From: Candidatus Hydrogenedentota bacterium
GTDB lineage: Bacteria > Hydrogenedentota > Hydrogenedentia > Hydrogenedentales > SLHB01
Reading direction: 5' to 3'
Length of the DNA: 64,000 nt
Assembly (NCBI GenBank): GCA_045863295.1
Contig: BTWA01000008.1
Location: 144,384 to 208,383, forward strand
Shown here: positions 40,820 through 51,839 of the stretch, one piece after another
How the letters are laid out: the number at the start of each line of letters is the position of its first letter
Position numbering within the stretch: position 1 is the first letter of the stretch
Made by a program: the position numbers and the translations under genes
Notes under the pieces: generated by a model
What the model was told of the DNA's origin: nothing
Seen by the model: only the letters and a program-made list of their open reading frames with translations
Database searches by the model: none

Positions 40820-42889
40820 TTACGATCCCAAGTCGATGGGCGCCCCTCCGGGACCTGACAAACGAGCCATGAAATTCCAACCCCCTGCTCCCTGGCTGAT
40901 TCGCAGCAAGATGGTATTGACACCTTCCTTGAGCTCAACGTTCACGACATCCTGATCGAGCGCGGCACCCCGGTCCACGTTGTTGTCATGAACCATCTTT
41001 CCATTCACCCAGGCACGCACTCCGTCGTCCGAACCAATTCGAAGTTGCGCGGCTTGAGCCTTGGCCGATGGCACTTCGGCATAGGCATATGCAAACGATC
41101 GATCGCGTTGTCCAATTGTTCCAATGAGATCGACCAGCGCCATGGAGTTGTCCGCATTCACGGACTTCCATGCAAGCACAACATCCGCTGATTTGATCTC
41201 CTTGGCCAAGTCTACCGAGGGCTCGCCGATAAACGCCTTATCCCAATCGGCCTGCTCTGCCCAATCAAACGGTCCGATCACTTTCCATTCCCGAATAAAA
41301 CCCATTGCGGCCTGGGCAGCGGCGTTGTTCTGCATGGTCTGCAACTGCGCCGTAATTTGCTGCAACAGTTCCGGCGTCGGTTCGAGTTGCGTTGCCAGTT
41401 GAAGTGCTTCGACGGCCTTGTCGCCCTGTTCTTCCTTCGCAAGCACGCCGGAAATGGCTAACAAGGCCGGAATCGATGTTGCTTTCAGCCCGGCATCGCT
41501 GCTCGCCGCCTTGACGAGGTCGTACGCCCCACTGACAGGAAACTGCGTGATCCCCTGCAGCGCCTGCGACTTCTGATCCGGAGTCGCGGCCAGTTCGAAA
41601 GCGGTCTTATACACTTGACCCGCGCCGCCCGCATTGCCCATTCTACCCATCGATTGAGCAAGCTTGATGATCGTCTCAATGGAAACCGCCTTGGCATCCC
41701 CTTCTGCCTTCTGCGCTGCTTCAATCAATGCGGGCATCGCCTCGATCCGGCCGGCAGCGATCAGACCGGCCTGCGCCGTGTCATGCAGCGTTGGCTCGGA
41801 GTTTCCCAACTCGGTCAGCAACACGCCAATCAACGGTTCGTCCTGCCGGCGGGCACACATCTCCAATATACGAATTTTTGACGTGTGCGATAGTCCCGGG
41901 TAGGCGGCGGCAATAGCCACAGCCCCGGCATGACCTCTCATGGATTCCAGGGACGGCGTCAACGCGTCCTCCAATTCGGGATTGTCGGTTGCCGCCTGAA
42001 CCAGCACCGGCACTTCCCGCTCGTCGCCATACTTTCCCAGTCCCATCATCGCCCCTGCCTTAACAACGGGGTTAGGCGCATTCGCAAGCAAATCATGGTA
42101 GACGTTCATGGCCACTTGGTGTCTGCCGCCTTTGATCACAATGGCCGCCGTCAACTTTAACAAGGCGTCGTACGCCTCAAACGACGTCTTGTCGATCGCC
42201 TGCGCAATAACAGCTTTGTAGTCGCCGATAAGAGCCGCGTCGCCAGTCCACGCCGTGGCTCGAATCGCCGAGGATCGGACAGCGGGGTCGCTGTGGGTAT
42301 ATAGCGCGCGTATGCCGGGTAGGCTGTCGTAGTCGCGGAGTTTCTCCAACGAATCAAGCACGCTGTACACGAGCGAAGCGTCGTCCGATCGTAGCGCCTC
42401 GCGCAGAACTCCCCGAGCCTCCGTGGTGCCGGCAAGAAATAGTGTATCGCGCACGCGTTCACGGATGGCAATGTCGTTAAGCAATGTACCCAAAGGCCGC
42501 ATGTCGAACCCTTCGGGCGCAACGATAGCCAGCAATTCCAGCACCGTTACCGTAACAAACTCGGGTTTACCCACACCGAGTTCCGCCATCAATGCAGTGG
42601 CTATCTGAGATCGCTCGCCGGTAGGGGCGCCGGGCTTGGCCGCCTCATTGCAGATGTCTTCCAGCACCCGCTTGGCAGACCAGGAGATGCGCGGTTCCGC
42701 ATTCGACAACAACGGCAAGAGGAGCGGCACCGGCGTCGCACCTTCCCGTGGCAATAATTGGCGGGCACGAACTTGTGCGGGCGTATCCGGCTGCTGCAAA
42801 TCAGAAACCAGGTTTTGGACCGCGTCCGCACCGGCCAACGCTACCAACGCCAGCGATGTAAAAGCAGTGAAAACGATGTGCCTGAACAT
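40820..42889 (-). CDS. Secreted HEAT-repeat protein with C-terminal beta-sandwich (PA14/CBM-like)
   Basis: Signal peptide, Ala/Leu-rich repeats, C-terminal WKVIGPF...GSDDGVRAWVNG...GGWNF. Confidence 0.82.
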   Translation of the reverse strand: MFRHIVFTAFTSLALVALAGADAVQNLVSDLQQPDTPAQVRARQLLPREGATPVPLLLPLLSNAEPRISWSAKRVLEDICNEAAKPGAPTGERSQIATALMAELGVGKPEFVTVTVLELLAIVAPEGFDMRPLGTLLNDIAIRERVRDTLFLAGTTEARGVLREALRSDDASLVYSVLDSLEKLRDYDSLPGIRALYTHSDPAVRSSAIRATAWTGDAALIGDYKAVIAQAIDKTSFEAYDALLKLTAAIVIKGGRHQVAMNVYHDLLANAPNPVVKAGAMMGLGKYGDEREVPVLVQAATDNPELEDALTPSLESMRGHAGAVAIAAAYPGLSHTSKIRILEMCARRQDEPLIGVLLTELGNSEPTLHDTAQAGLIAAGRIEAMPALIEAAQKAEGDAKAVSIETIIKLAQSMGRMGNAGGAGQVYKTAFELAATPDQKSQALQGITQFPVSGAYDLVKAASSDAGLKATSIPALLAISGVLAKEEQGDKAVEALQLATQLEPTPELLQQITAQLQTMQNNAAAQAAMGFIREWKVIGPFDWAEQADWDKAFIGEPSVDLAKEIKSADVVLAWKSVNADNSMALVDLIGTIGQRDRSFAYAYAEVPSAKAQAAQLRIGSDDGVRAWVNGKMVHDNNVDRGAALDQDVVNVELKEGVNTILLRISQGAGGWNFMARLSGPGGAPIDLGS

Positions 42890-42909
42890 GACTTTTCCCC
42901 TTTCCCGGA

Positions 42910-44178
42910 CTACAGATGCCACGGCGCGCGATACGGCCGGGTCAGGTAACGGTTTGCAGCGTCATCGCCAATGAACTTCTCGGCTTCGCCGTCCCAATTC
43001 AGCTTGCGGCGCGTTTTCAGTGCGATGCCGGCAAGCAGCACGCAAGCCGTGGATCGAAATCCCTGTTCGATATCTGCGGCGGGCTTCTTGCGATGCCGCA
43101 CGCAATCGAAGAAATTGTTGTGATGATCGTCGTTTGCCCAGGAAAGCTCCGGGGGCCCCACCCACTCGGTCTGGCCGCTCTTGTCGATTACTTCATAGGA
43201 AATCCGGTTCACACGCACGATCCCGTCCGTTCCGTTGAACTGAATTCCATAGTCGCGGTTGCCGTGGAGGCTGTTGTGCCGCTGTTCCCACGTCACTGTG
43301 CACCCTTCATACTCCATAATGGCTTCGATGGTCTCGTAATTCTCGCCCCCGGTATTGCCGCGATACTGACCGCCCACCGCCTGAATGTTCAGCGGCCGGT
43401 CTTTCCGGATGCCCCAGTGCACGATGTCCATCAAGTGAATGCCCCAATTCGTCAACTGACCGCCGCGCGCGTAGTCGTGCCACCCCATGAATCCGCCGAA
43501 TCGCTGCGGGCTGAACGGCACCTTGGGTGCGGGGCCAAGCCACAGGTCCCAATCCAGCCCGGTCGGAATCGGAGCCGGAGACTCGCCCACGCCCCATCCA
43601 TTGGCCCCAATCCACGCGCCAGCCGTGGTCACTTGGCCAATCCTTCCGCTGTGCACGATTTCAATGGCCTTTTGAAACACCGGCATGGAGCGTTGCTGCG
43701 TGCCGGCCTGAACCACGCGGCCGTAACGGCGGGCTGTGTCCACCATATGCCGGCCTTCCTCAATTGTGGTGCACACCGGCTTTTCCACGTAGACGTCTTT
43801 CCCAGCCTCGCATCCGAGAATGGCAAGCAACGGATGCCAATGATCCGGCGTGGCCACAAATATCGCGTCGATGTCGTCGCGGGAAAGCAGCATCCGGAAA
43901 TCCTGAAAACCGTCCGGCGTTGCCCCTGTGGCGTTGCTGATGATCTCGCGAGCGCGCCGGTAACGCGGCACGTACACGTCGCAAACCGCCGCGACCGTGC
44001 AGTTCGGATTCTTGGCCAGCGCCTCCAAGTGGCGGCTGCCCATGCCGCCGCAGCCTATAAACCCAACGCGCACTTTGTCGCTGGGCGCCACAGCCCAACT
44101 ATGTCTCGGTGCGAACGCGGCGAACCCTGCCACTGAGGCAAGGCCCGCCTGCAAAAAAGAACGACGGTTGGAAATCAT
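42910..44178 (-). CDS. Tat-exported Gfo/Idh/MocA oxidoreductase
   Basis: NRRSFLQ, GFIGCGGMG, ATPDHWH, YVEKP, GTQQRS. Confidence 0.92.
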   Translation of the reverse strand: MISNRRSFLQAGLASVAGFAAFAPRHSWAVAPSDKVRVGFIGCGGMGSRHLEALAKNPNCTVAAVCDVYVPRYRRAREIISNATGATPDGFQDFRMLLSRDDIDAIFVATPDHWHPLLAILGCEAGKDVYVEKPVCTTIEEGRHMVDTARRYGRVVQAGTQQRSMPVFQKAIEIVHSGRIGQVTTAGAWIGANGWGVGESPAPIPTGLDWDLWLGPAPKVPFSPQRFGGFMGWHDYARGGQLTNWGIHLMDIVHWGIRKDRPLNIQAVGGQYRGNTGGENYETIEAIMEYEGCTVTWEQRHNSLHGNRDYGIQFNGTDGIVRVNRISYEVIDKSGQTEWVGPPELSWANDDHHNNFFDCVRHRKKPAADIEQGFRSTACVLLAGIALKTRRKLNWDGEAEKFIGDDAANRYLTRPYRAPWHL

Positions 44179-44371
44179 GGTTGCTTCCTTCCCAATGCCC
44201 GGGTTGTCTGAGAGTATGCAAACGCAACCGTTATACTCCGTACGCCCTGATATCCTCAATAATTTGAAGCACTGCGGGGCTTTGGAGTATTCATGGCGAG
44301 TGCGCCGGGCGCGGAATGGTGCGCGCGAATGACGGCGAATCAACCCGCTCAGGCGGATCGGAGGTTGGGGT

Positions 44372-45382
44372 ATGGTGCGCAGATCATATTGGATCCTGGG
44401 TTTCATGTGCGCGTTGGCGAGTGCCGGTGCATGGGCCGCGGACGACGACGGCGTCATGGGCAATTGGGAAGGCAAATTCGCCGATGCCGATTGGGCAGTG
44501 CAACCGCTCCGGGCAAAGATTGTCGGGGAAGGCTCCAACACATGGCGCGCCATCTTCTACGTGGGATCGGATGCGGGTGCGCATGCCAAAGTCGAAGTGC
44601 CCGGCATCCGAAAGGGTGAAAAAGATATTCAATTTAGCGGTGACGTGGATCTGGGGAAAGACTTTGGAGGCAAATTTACACTCGAAGGCAGCCTTACCGG
44701 AGAGGGTGTGATTGCAGGTACACTCAAATCCAAGGCAAAAACGATTCCATTTACGCTTAGCCGCGTCTTCTTGAAGTCGCCCACCGAAGGGGCTACGCCT
44801 CCCGAAGGCGCTGTTGTTCTCATGGATGGAACCGACCAAGACTTTGAACGCTGGCATCCCGTATCCCGGTGGCAACGCAAGGGTCCCGGTCGCATTGGTC
44901 TCGCGGGCGGCAGCTATGTGTCCAAGGCGGAATTCGGAAGTTGCCAGATTCACGTCGAGTTCATTACGCCATACATGCCGGGCGAACGAGGCCAAGCCCG
45001 CGGCAACAGCGGCGTCTACGTCCAGGGCCGATACGAAGTCCAAGTGCTCGACAATTTCGGATGGGATCCCGCCGACAACCTGTGCGGCGGCATTTATAAA
45101 ATGGCCGTGCCGATAGCCGACGCGGTGTTTCCTCCGCTCTCCGTGCAGACGTACGATATCACGTTTCACGCGCCGAAGTTTGACGCCACAGGCAAGAAGA
45201 CACAGAACGCAAAACTTCACGTGGTACACAATGGGGTGGTCATTCACGACAATTTGGAACTGCCCAATGGCACACCTGGCGGCGTGAGCGATCAGGAGGC
45301 AGCCACAGGCCCTCTGCTGTTTCAGGATCACGGGGATGAGGTCGCATACCAGAATGTGTGGGTAAAACCAATTGAGGATTGA
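44372..45382 (+). CDS. DUF1080 (3-keto-disaccharide hydrolase-like) secreted protein
   Basis: HVEF, RGNSGVY, YEVQVLD, FQDHG. Confidence 0.88.
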   Translation: MVRRSYWILGFMCALASAGAWAADDDGVMGNWEGKFADADWAVQPLRAKIVGEGSNTWRAIFYVGSDAGAHAKVEVPGIRKGEKDIQFSGDVDLGKDFGGKFTLEGSLTGEGVIAGTLKSKAKTIPFTLSRVFLKSPTEGATPPEGAVVLMDGTDQDFERWHPVSRWQRKGPGRIGLAGGSYVSKAEFGSCQIHVEFITPYMPGERGQARGNSGVYVQGRYEVQVLDNFGWDPADNLCGGIYKMAVPIADAVFPPLSVQTYDITFHAPKFDATGKKTQNAKLHVVHNGVVIHDNLELPNGTPGGVSDQEAATGPLLFQDHGDEVAYQNVWVKPIED

Positions 45383-45534
45383 CCGCACCCGAAATGCCTT
45401 GCGGGCGATCCTCGATTGATTGGGTTGAATTGAAACTCGGCCGCCAACCTCCCCTTGTATCCGGCGGCGGCTTCGGCAGCCGTCGCCGGATCGGGTGTCA
45501 TAAACCAGGTTCCGCACGCCGTTGGGAGAATTCC

Positions 45535-46317
45535 ATGGGTGTTCGTTTGGGCATGCTGATCATTCTGCTGGCGGCCGGGGCTCATTCCGTCGAAATTGTG
45601 GTTCACCGCGGAGCCAACGAATATGCTCCTGAAAACACCATGGCGGCGGGTAAAAAGTGCGTGGAGTTCGGGGCCGACTACGTCGAGGTCGACGTTCGGA
45701 CCAGTGCCGATGGCGTCTTTTACATCATGCACGACAATGATATCGCCCGAACAACCGACGGCGAAGGCTTCCTTCACAAAATGACGGCCGCGCAGCTCGA
45801 CACACTGGATGCCGGTTCCTGGTTTAGCGATCAATTCAAGGGAGAACCCGTACCACGCCTGGATGCTTACCTCGATTGGGCTAAAGGCAAGATCAAGATC
45901 TATTTCGATGTAAAGGCGGCGGATATACCCGCGCTGGTCGCGCTGGTTCGCAAAAAGGATTTTGAGAATGACTGTTTCTTCTGGTTCGGCATCCCGATGC
46001 AAGCCCGAAAATTTCGAGAGATTGCCCCCGACCTCGCTTTGAAAATAAATGCAAATACTCCGGAGGAAGTGCGCAAGGCCAAATCCGAATACAATTGCCA
46101 GATCATCGAGTGCGGCGTGAACGACATCACGCCGGAATTGAAAGAAGTATGCGGGGAACTGAACATTAAGATCATGGTCCGCGCCGGCGAAAAGGATGAA
46201 GCAGTCTTTCGAGAAATAATCAAGCGCGAGGCCGATATGGTAAATTTGGATCATCCGGATGTCTTTAAGAGACTATCCGGCGAACCTAGCCCTGCTAATG
46301 AGGCTGCGGTACCGTGA
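45535..46317 (+). CDS. Glycerophosphodiester phosphodiesterase family protein
   Basis: HRG, PENT, EVDVR, HD. Confidence 0.9.
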   Translation: MGVRLGMLIILLAAGAHSVEIVVHRGANEYAPENTMAAGKKCVEFGADYVEVDVRTSADGVFYIMHDNDIARTTDGEGFLHKMTAAQLDTLDAGSWFSDQFKGEPVPRLDAYLDWAKGKIKIYFDVKAADIPALVALVRKKDFENDCFFWFGIPMQARKFREIAPDLALKINANTPEEVRKAKSEYNCQIIECGVNDITPELKEVCGELNIKIMVRAGEKDEAVFREIIKREADMVNLDHPDVFKRLSGEPSPANEAAVP

Positions 46318-47033
46318 ATGATCCCCGACTGTCGGTGATCATCCCGGCATACAACGAAGCGGACCGAATAGGCAGCACATTGACAGCCTATCTCGCTTAT
46401 TTGAACAAACAAAGCTATCGGTTCGAAATTATCGTCGTCGACGACGGAAGCAAAGATGGCACGACGGACGTTGTACGGAATTCATTTCCCGGCGTCCAGG
46501 TCATCGGATACTATCCGAATCGCGGCAAAGGTCATGCCGTGCGGACGGGTCTGCAGGCGGCCGCGGGAGCCTTCAGGTTGTTTTCGGATGCAGACGCGTC
46601 AACTCCCATCGAAGAAATCGAGAAGTTCTGGCCCTGTTTCGAGCGCGGAGCCGAGGTTGTTATTGGCTCACGTTCTCTTCCTGAATCCGATGTGGAGGTG
46701 CACCAGGCATGGTATCGCGAAGGCATGGGCCGAGTGTTCAATGCCATGGTGCGTGCATTGCGATTGTCCGACTTCACGGACACGCAGTGCGGTTTCAAGG
46801 CGTTTACGGCAAATGCTTGCGAGGTCATTTTGCCCAGGCAGACTATCGATGGCTTTGCATTCGATGCCGAAATGCTGTACATCGCTTCGAAACATAACCT
46901 GCGAATCGAGCAAGTGCCCGTCCACTGGATTAACAGCCCCAAGTCTCGGGTAAACCCAATTACCGATTCCTCGGCCATGATTGGTGAAATTGTGGGAATC
47001 CGGGTTAGGGATTGGCGCGGCGCGTACGACTGA
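46314..47033 (+). CDS. GT2 polyprenyl/dolichyl-phosphate glucosyltransferase (Alg5/DPG-like)
   Basis: IIPAYNE, VDDGS, NRGKG, DAD, DTQCGFK, FDAE. Confidence 0.9.
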   Translation: MNDPRLSVIIPAYNEADRIGSTLTAYLAYLNKQSYRFEIIVVDDGSKDGTTDVVRNSFPGVQVIGYYPNRGKGHAVRTGLQAAAGAFRLFSDADASTPIEEIEKFWPCFERGAEVVIGSRSLPESDVEVHQAWYREGMGRVFNAMVRALRLSDFTDTQCGFKAFTANACEVILPRQTIDGFAFDAEMLYIASKHNLRIEQVPVHWINSPKSRVNPITDSSAMIGEIVGIRVRDWRGAYD

Positions 47034-47364
47034 AGCCATTTACTGGCCACCGTACCGACCCAGTATCTTTCGTACTAGCTCGAAGCGATACTCTCCCGGC
47101 ACTATTCACACTGCACGCACGGGACCAATTGCGTGGATTTCGGACACTATCCGCAAGTCGTTCCGACAAAGCATCGACCATGATCCGTTTCCTGTTTGTC
47201 CTACATGTTGCGTACTTCAGATTCATCACCCAGTCGGCCGATAGGGTTCCAATTCCCACCTGAATCCTGCAACTGAATCCTGTCGCAACCGACAGCCGGG
47301 ATACCCGGACACAAGGCACCATTAAGGAAGAAGAGTTATAAGAAAGAAGATTGAGGTTGCCGCC

Positions 47365-48318
47365 ATGGATGCGCGTCTTTTTCGACGATTGCGATGGCCG
47401 CTGCTGGTCGCCTCCGCAATGTTGGTCATCGCAGGGGCGGGTTGCCCCGCCACTACCCCCGCGGAAAGGGAATCAATGCAGTATCAGGACGAAACGCGCA
47501 CTTACATACTGCATGTTTCGCCGCAGTACACCGGCAAAAAATCAGTTCCACTGGTCATCGCGTTGCATGGAATGCCGCTGACAGGCGATGACATGCAGCG
47601 ACGATCTGGATTCGACGCAGTGGCCGATCGGAATGGATTCATCGTATGCTATCCCGATGGGCTCAACTTCATGTGGAACAGCAATCCACTGGTGCCGGAG
47701 TCGGCCGAATTGCCGGATGATGTGGGCTTTCTATGCGCCCTCATTGACGAACTATGCTCTGAGTACGCCATCGACGAGAGGCGTGTTTTCATTGTCGGAA
47801 TGTCCAACGGCGGCATGATGGCGTACCGGCTCGCATGCGAAGCGGGCGATCGACTTGCCGGCGTAGCATGCGTCATTTCGACCTTTCCGCTCGACTATGA
47901 TTCCTATTGCACACCTCAAGGGCCTGTGCCAATCCTGTTAATGCTGGGAACCGAGGACCCCATCTTTCCGTGGAATGGAGGATATGACATGTTCGGCAAC
48001 ATCTGTTACCAATCGGTGGACGAAACGGTGGCCTACTGGATCGACAACAATAACGCCAAAAGAACTCCCGACGTGGAAGTCTTTGCCGATGTCAACTCGA
48101 ACGACGGCGCCACAGTCTGCCGATTGACGTATCAAGCCCGTTGGAAGGGCGCATCCGTCGTCCTGTATCGAGTCGACAACGGCGGCCACACTTGGCCCGG
48201 ATGCGCTGCAATACCCCTTGAGAAATGGCTCGGCGTAGGCAATACGTGCCAAGACATCAACGCTACGGAAGAAGTCTGGAGATTCTTCAGCAGCGCCCAT
48301 TGCCGCCCTCGCCGGTAA
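47365..48318 (+). CDS. LpqC/PHB-depolymerase-like alpha/beta hydrolase, probable lipoprotein
   Basis: Lipobox-like AGC, PLVIALHG, GMSNGG, GGHTWPG. Confidence 0.85.
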   Translation: MDARLFRRLRWPLLVASAMLVIAGAGCPATTPAERESMQYQDETRTYILHVSPQYTGKKSVPLVIALHGMPLTGDDMQRRSGFDAVADRNGFIVCYPDGLNFMWNSNPLVPESAELPDDVGFLCALIDELCSEYAIDERRVFIVGMSNGGMMAYRLACEAGDRLAGVACVISTFPLDYDSYCTPQGPVPILLMLGTEDPIFPWNGGYDMFGNICYQSVDETVAYWIDNNNAKRTPDVEVFADVNSNDGATVCRLTYQARWKGASVVLYRVDNGGHTWPGCAAIPLEKWLGVGNTCQDINATEEVWRFFSSAHCRPRR

Positions 48319-48330
48319 TCCAATCGTACG

Positions 48331-50301
48331 TCATGATTCGCTGGAAGTCGCAGGCCGGTCAAACTCGACGAGAAACCCCCGGATCATTTCCGCCTGCGGA
48401 TGCTGCGGATTCAATTCCAGGGTCGCCTTAAAATGGGGAACTGCATGGGCCTCCCTGCCGGTTGTGGCGTAGGCGGCCCCAAGATTGAATTCGATATCCA
48501 CATCATTAAGAATCGACGTTCGAGCCACTTCCAAGCGACGAATCGCGGAGTCTGCGTCGCCGCTGCGTAGCGCGATGATGCCCAGAGCTTTGTTTGCCCG
48601 GCCATTGCCAGGTTGAGTGGCCAGTACGCTCTCGAAGTGCGGCACCGCCTCTGCATACTGCCCTGCGTCATCCAGGGCGGTGGCCAGGTTAAGATGCGCG
48701 GAAATGTGATTGGGATCGCTGAGCAAAGCGCTTTTGTACTGCTCAATCGACTCTTCTACCCGGCCCATCGCGCGATACACATTACCGATATTGACCAGAA
48801 TGTCCGGGTCGCCGGGTCTCGCTTCCAACCCCCGCTCGCCAAACGCGAGCGCTTTATCCAATTCGCCCAATTCCGTGTACGCGATCACCAGATTGGCCAT
48901 CGGGTCCGCGAAGTCAGGGGCCATGACCACCGCCGACTCCAGATTGACTATGGCCCCGTCAATGTCGCCCCGCTCCAATTGCGCCTGTCCAAGGTTGGCT
49001 CGCGCAATGGGATTGTCCACCGTCACAGCGAGCGCCCTCTCCCAAAGCCTGATACTGTCCCGCCAATGCCCGGCCTGCACTTTCGACACAAGCACAAGCA
49101 GAACGAACACCGGAACGAATATGCCCAGGGCGGCACGATCGGCGCGCTTGAAGGCCCTTTGCGTAAAATCCGGCAGTCCGCATGCCACGATGACGCACAA
49201 CCCCACCAGCGGAAGATAGACAAACCGATCGGCCCGCGCAAAGCTGCCTATCTGAACAAAGCCGATCACAGGTACAAGTGCGATGAGAAACCACAACCAA
49301 CCCGCGACTAAGTAAGGAGCCCGTCTGCGCAACGCAAAGGCCGCGGCCGTGATTACGATTAAAACGGCGAGCGCCAGAATTCCTTGCAGCATAGTAAGTG
49401 TACCGCCGGGATGGGGGTAATACGCGGATAGCCCTGTGGGCCAAAAAAATTTCTGCACGTAAACAACATACGATACCAGCGCATTGAGTATGCGTTCAGC
49501 CAGCGGAAACTCCGCTACGCTACGCACTGCACCGCCCGATTTCTGCGCGAAAAAAGTAATTACTGCGACAGCCATGGACAACATAAAAAATGGGGTCTTC
49601 TCCAGGAAAAAAAGCATCCACTGCCGCCGTTCATCCGGCGCGTCCCAGCGTTTGAGCGGCCAGTAGTCCACCAGAATGAGTAACACCGGAAGCGTCACCG
49701 CCATGGGTTTGGCCATAAGCGCAAAGGCAAACAACACTAGACTCGATACATAGGCGCTCCAGGATCTGGACTTGGCGTACAGACCGTAAGTAAGCATGGT
49801 GAACATGACGAACACCAGACACATGGTGTCCTTGCGACTGGAGACCCACAGTACCGGTTCAATTACAAGCGGATGAACACCCAGAATCAACACCGCTCCC
49901 ATGGAGGCAAGCCTTGGCACGCCCGCAAACGTGAGACACAGATATAGAACCGCTATTGCCACTACATGGAGCAAGATTCCGGTTGCCCGGTGCATGCGTG
50001 CATTCATCCCGAACAGGTGCACATCCAACATGTGGCTGGTGGTCGCCAATGGGTTCCAACCTGCATTCTGGACCGTTGTAAGGGCAGTCCATATTCCGGC
50101 AAGGGTCAAACCATTCAACACGGTTGGATTCTGGGTGACATATACATTGTCATCGTAATTCAAGAACTCATTGCCACGGTGATCAATGACAAACAGCCAA
50201 AGCGCAAAAAGAACCCCACCCAAAAGTAATGCCGCCGAGACGTGCCGACGTAGTACCGATTGGAAATCGGAGCGGGTTTGTTGGTCTGAATCCTTTGACA
50301 T
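48331..50301 (-). CDS. TMTC-like membrane protein O-glycosyltransferase with C-terminal TPRs
   Basis: NYDD, HPLVIEPVLWVSSRKD, AKPMAVTLP, ADRFVYLP, TPR repeats. Confidence 0.85.
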   Translation of the reverse strand: MSKDSDQQTRSDFQSVLRRHVSAALLLGGVLFALWLFVIDHRGNEFLNYDDNVYVTQNPTVLNGLTLAGIWTALTTVQNAGWNPLATTSHMLDVHLFGMNARMHRATGILLHVVAIAVLYLCLTFAGVPRLASMGAVLILGVHPLVIEPVLWVSSRKDTMCLVFVMFTMLTYGLYAKSRSWSAYVSSLVLFAFALMAKPMAVTLPVLLILVDYWPLKRWDAPDERRQWMLFFLEKTPFFMLSMAVAVITFFAQKSGGAVRSVAEFPLAERILNALVSYVVYVQKFFWPTGLSAYYPHPGGTLTMLQGILALAVLIVITAAAFALRRRAPYLVAGWLWFLIALVPVIGFVQIGSFARADRFVYLPLVGLCVIVACGLPDFTQRAFKRADRAALGIFVPVFVLLVLVSKVQAGHWRDSIRLWERALAVTVDNPIARANLGQAQLERGDIDGAIVNLESAVVMAPDFADPMANLVIAYTELGELDKALAFGERGLEARPGDPDILVNIGNVYRAMGRVEESIEQYKSALLSDPNHISAHLNLATALDDAGQYAEAVPHFESVLATQPGNGRANKALGIIALRSGDADSAIRRLEVARTSILNDVDIEFNLGAAYATTGREAHAVPHFKATLELNPQHPQAEMIRGFLVEFDRPATSSES

Positions 50302-50492
50302 TGGCAACTTCTCATTTCCCGATTGCGCCGTCGCATGCAAACGCGATCAACCCTCGCACCGTGGTCAAGACCCATCACGGACCTTTCGGTGCGACCGGCC
50401 GTGGATTATGTGTCACGAGTTTCGTGTTATACAATACCAGCCTTTACGGGCCGGGCGATTCAAACTAGGCAAACTCTATCGGAGTAAACCCA

Positions 50493-51839
50493 TTGGACAT
50501 TGTGTATCTGATACTTGGGACTGTTGTACTGATCCTGGGCGCGGAGGTCCTTGTGCGAGGGGCCGCCCAACTAGCGGTATTGGCGAAGATCTCTCCGCTT
50601 ATCGTAGGCCTCACGGTAGTCGCTTTCGGCACCAGCGCGCCGGAACTCGCCGTGAGCGTCATGGCCGGTTGGAGCGGCAACGCGGATGTGGCGCTAGGAA
50701 ACGTGGTCGGCAGCAATATATTCAACATTTTGTTGATCCTGGGCGTCGCAGCCGTGATAACTCCGCTAACCATTAACCAGCAGCTTATTCGTCTCGACGT
50801 CCCCATCATGATTGGCTCGTGCGCGTTGACATGGCTGTTGGGCCTGGACGGCAGTATCAGCCGCCTCGACGGAACTTTTCTCTTTGCCCTGGTTATTCTT
50901 TATACGGGCTTTCTCGTGTATCACGGCCGCAAGCAAGGCGCTGCCGAAACAGGAGAAATCGAGGACGAAGTCGCTGAACTGACGGCCAAGCACATGAATC
51001 CGTTTCTGGCAGTTGTCTGTGTCGCGGTTGGCCTGGCCCTGCTCGTGCTCGGATCGCGATGGCTCGTTTTCGCCGCCGTGTCCATCGCCGAATCCCTCGG
51101 CGTCAGTCAACTAATCATAGGCCTTACCATCGTCGCTGCGGGCACATCCTTGCCCGAAGTGGCCACGTCAGTCATGGCGAGCCTTCGAGGTCACCGCGAC
51201 ATCGCGGTGGGCAATGTGGTTGGCAGTTCTATATTCAACATCCTGGCTGTACTCGGGCTATCGTCGGCCATATCGCCTTCCGGCGTCGTCGTGGCGGGAG
51301 AGGCCCTGACATTCGACATTCCCATCATGGTGGCCGTGTCGCTAGCATGCCTTCCCGTTTTCATATCAGGTTCCTCCATGAGCCGTTTTGAAGGCGCGCT
51401 CTTCCTTTTCTATTACGCAAGCTACATGACGCTGCTGGTCCTGGAAGCGATGGGCAATAACCTGATTGGCCATATCACAAACGTGTACGCGTTCGGGCTT
51501 CTGCCTGCCACGGGCGTTGTGCTGATGGGGTCGCTGGTGCTCTCCGAAAAGCGCATGGAGAAGTGGATTGTGGAATTGCCGTCCACCGTTCAGTCCGTCG
51601 CATGGACCACCATACTTCACACAAGAAAGGTCATCGTTTTCGTAATCGGCGCCACGGTGCTCGTGGGAGGACTGGCGCTTCTTGTCTTGCCCGGCCCTGC
51701 GTTCATCGTCATTCCCGTCGGTCTGGCGATCCTTGCCACCGAGTTTGTCTGGGCACGTACTTTGCTCATACGGATTCAGAACAAAATCAAAGAGTCCGCC
51801 GCGTATGTAACAGGCAAGAGTCAGGGCGGCGATTCATGA
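50493..51839 (+). CDS. Ca2+/Na+ antiporter (YrbG-like) fused to a PGPGW-type domain
   Basis: GTSAPE/GSNIFN and GTSLPE/GSSIFN repeats; C-terminal LPGPAF...LAILATEFVWAR. Confidence 0.88.
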   Translation: MDIVYLILGTVVLILGAEVLVRGAAQLAVLAKISPLIVGLTVVAFGTSAPELAVSVMAGWSGNADVALGNVVGSNIFNILLILGVAAVITPLTINQQLIRLDVPIMIGSCALTWLLGLDGSISRLDGTFLFALVILYTGFLVYHGRKQGAAETGEIEDEVAELTAKHMNPFLAVVCVAVGLALLVLGSRWLVFAAVSIAESLGVSQLIIGLTIVAAGTSLPEVATSVMASLRGHRDIAVGNVVGSSIFNILAVLGLSSAISPSGVVVAGEALTFDIPIMVAVSLACLPVFISGSSMSRFEGALFLFYYASYMTLLVLEAMGNNLIGHITNVYAFGLLPATGVVLMGSLVLSEKRMEKWIVELPSTVQSVAWTTILHTRKVIVFVIGATVLVGGLALLVLPGPAFIVIPVGLAILATEFVWARTLLIRIQNKIKESAAYVTGKSQGGDS

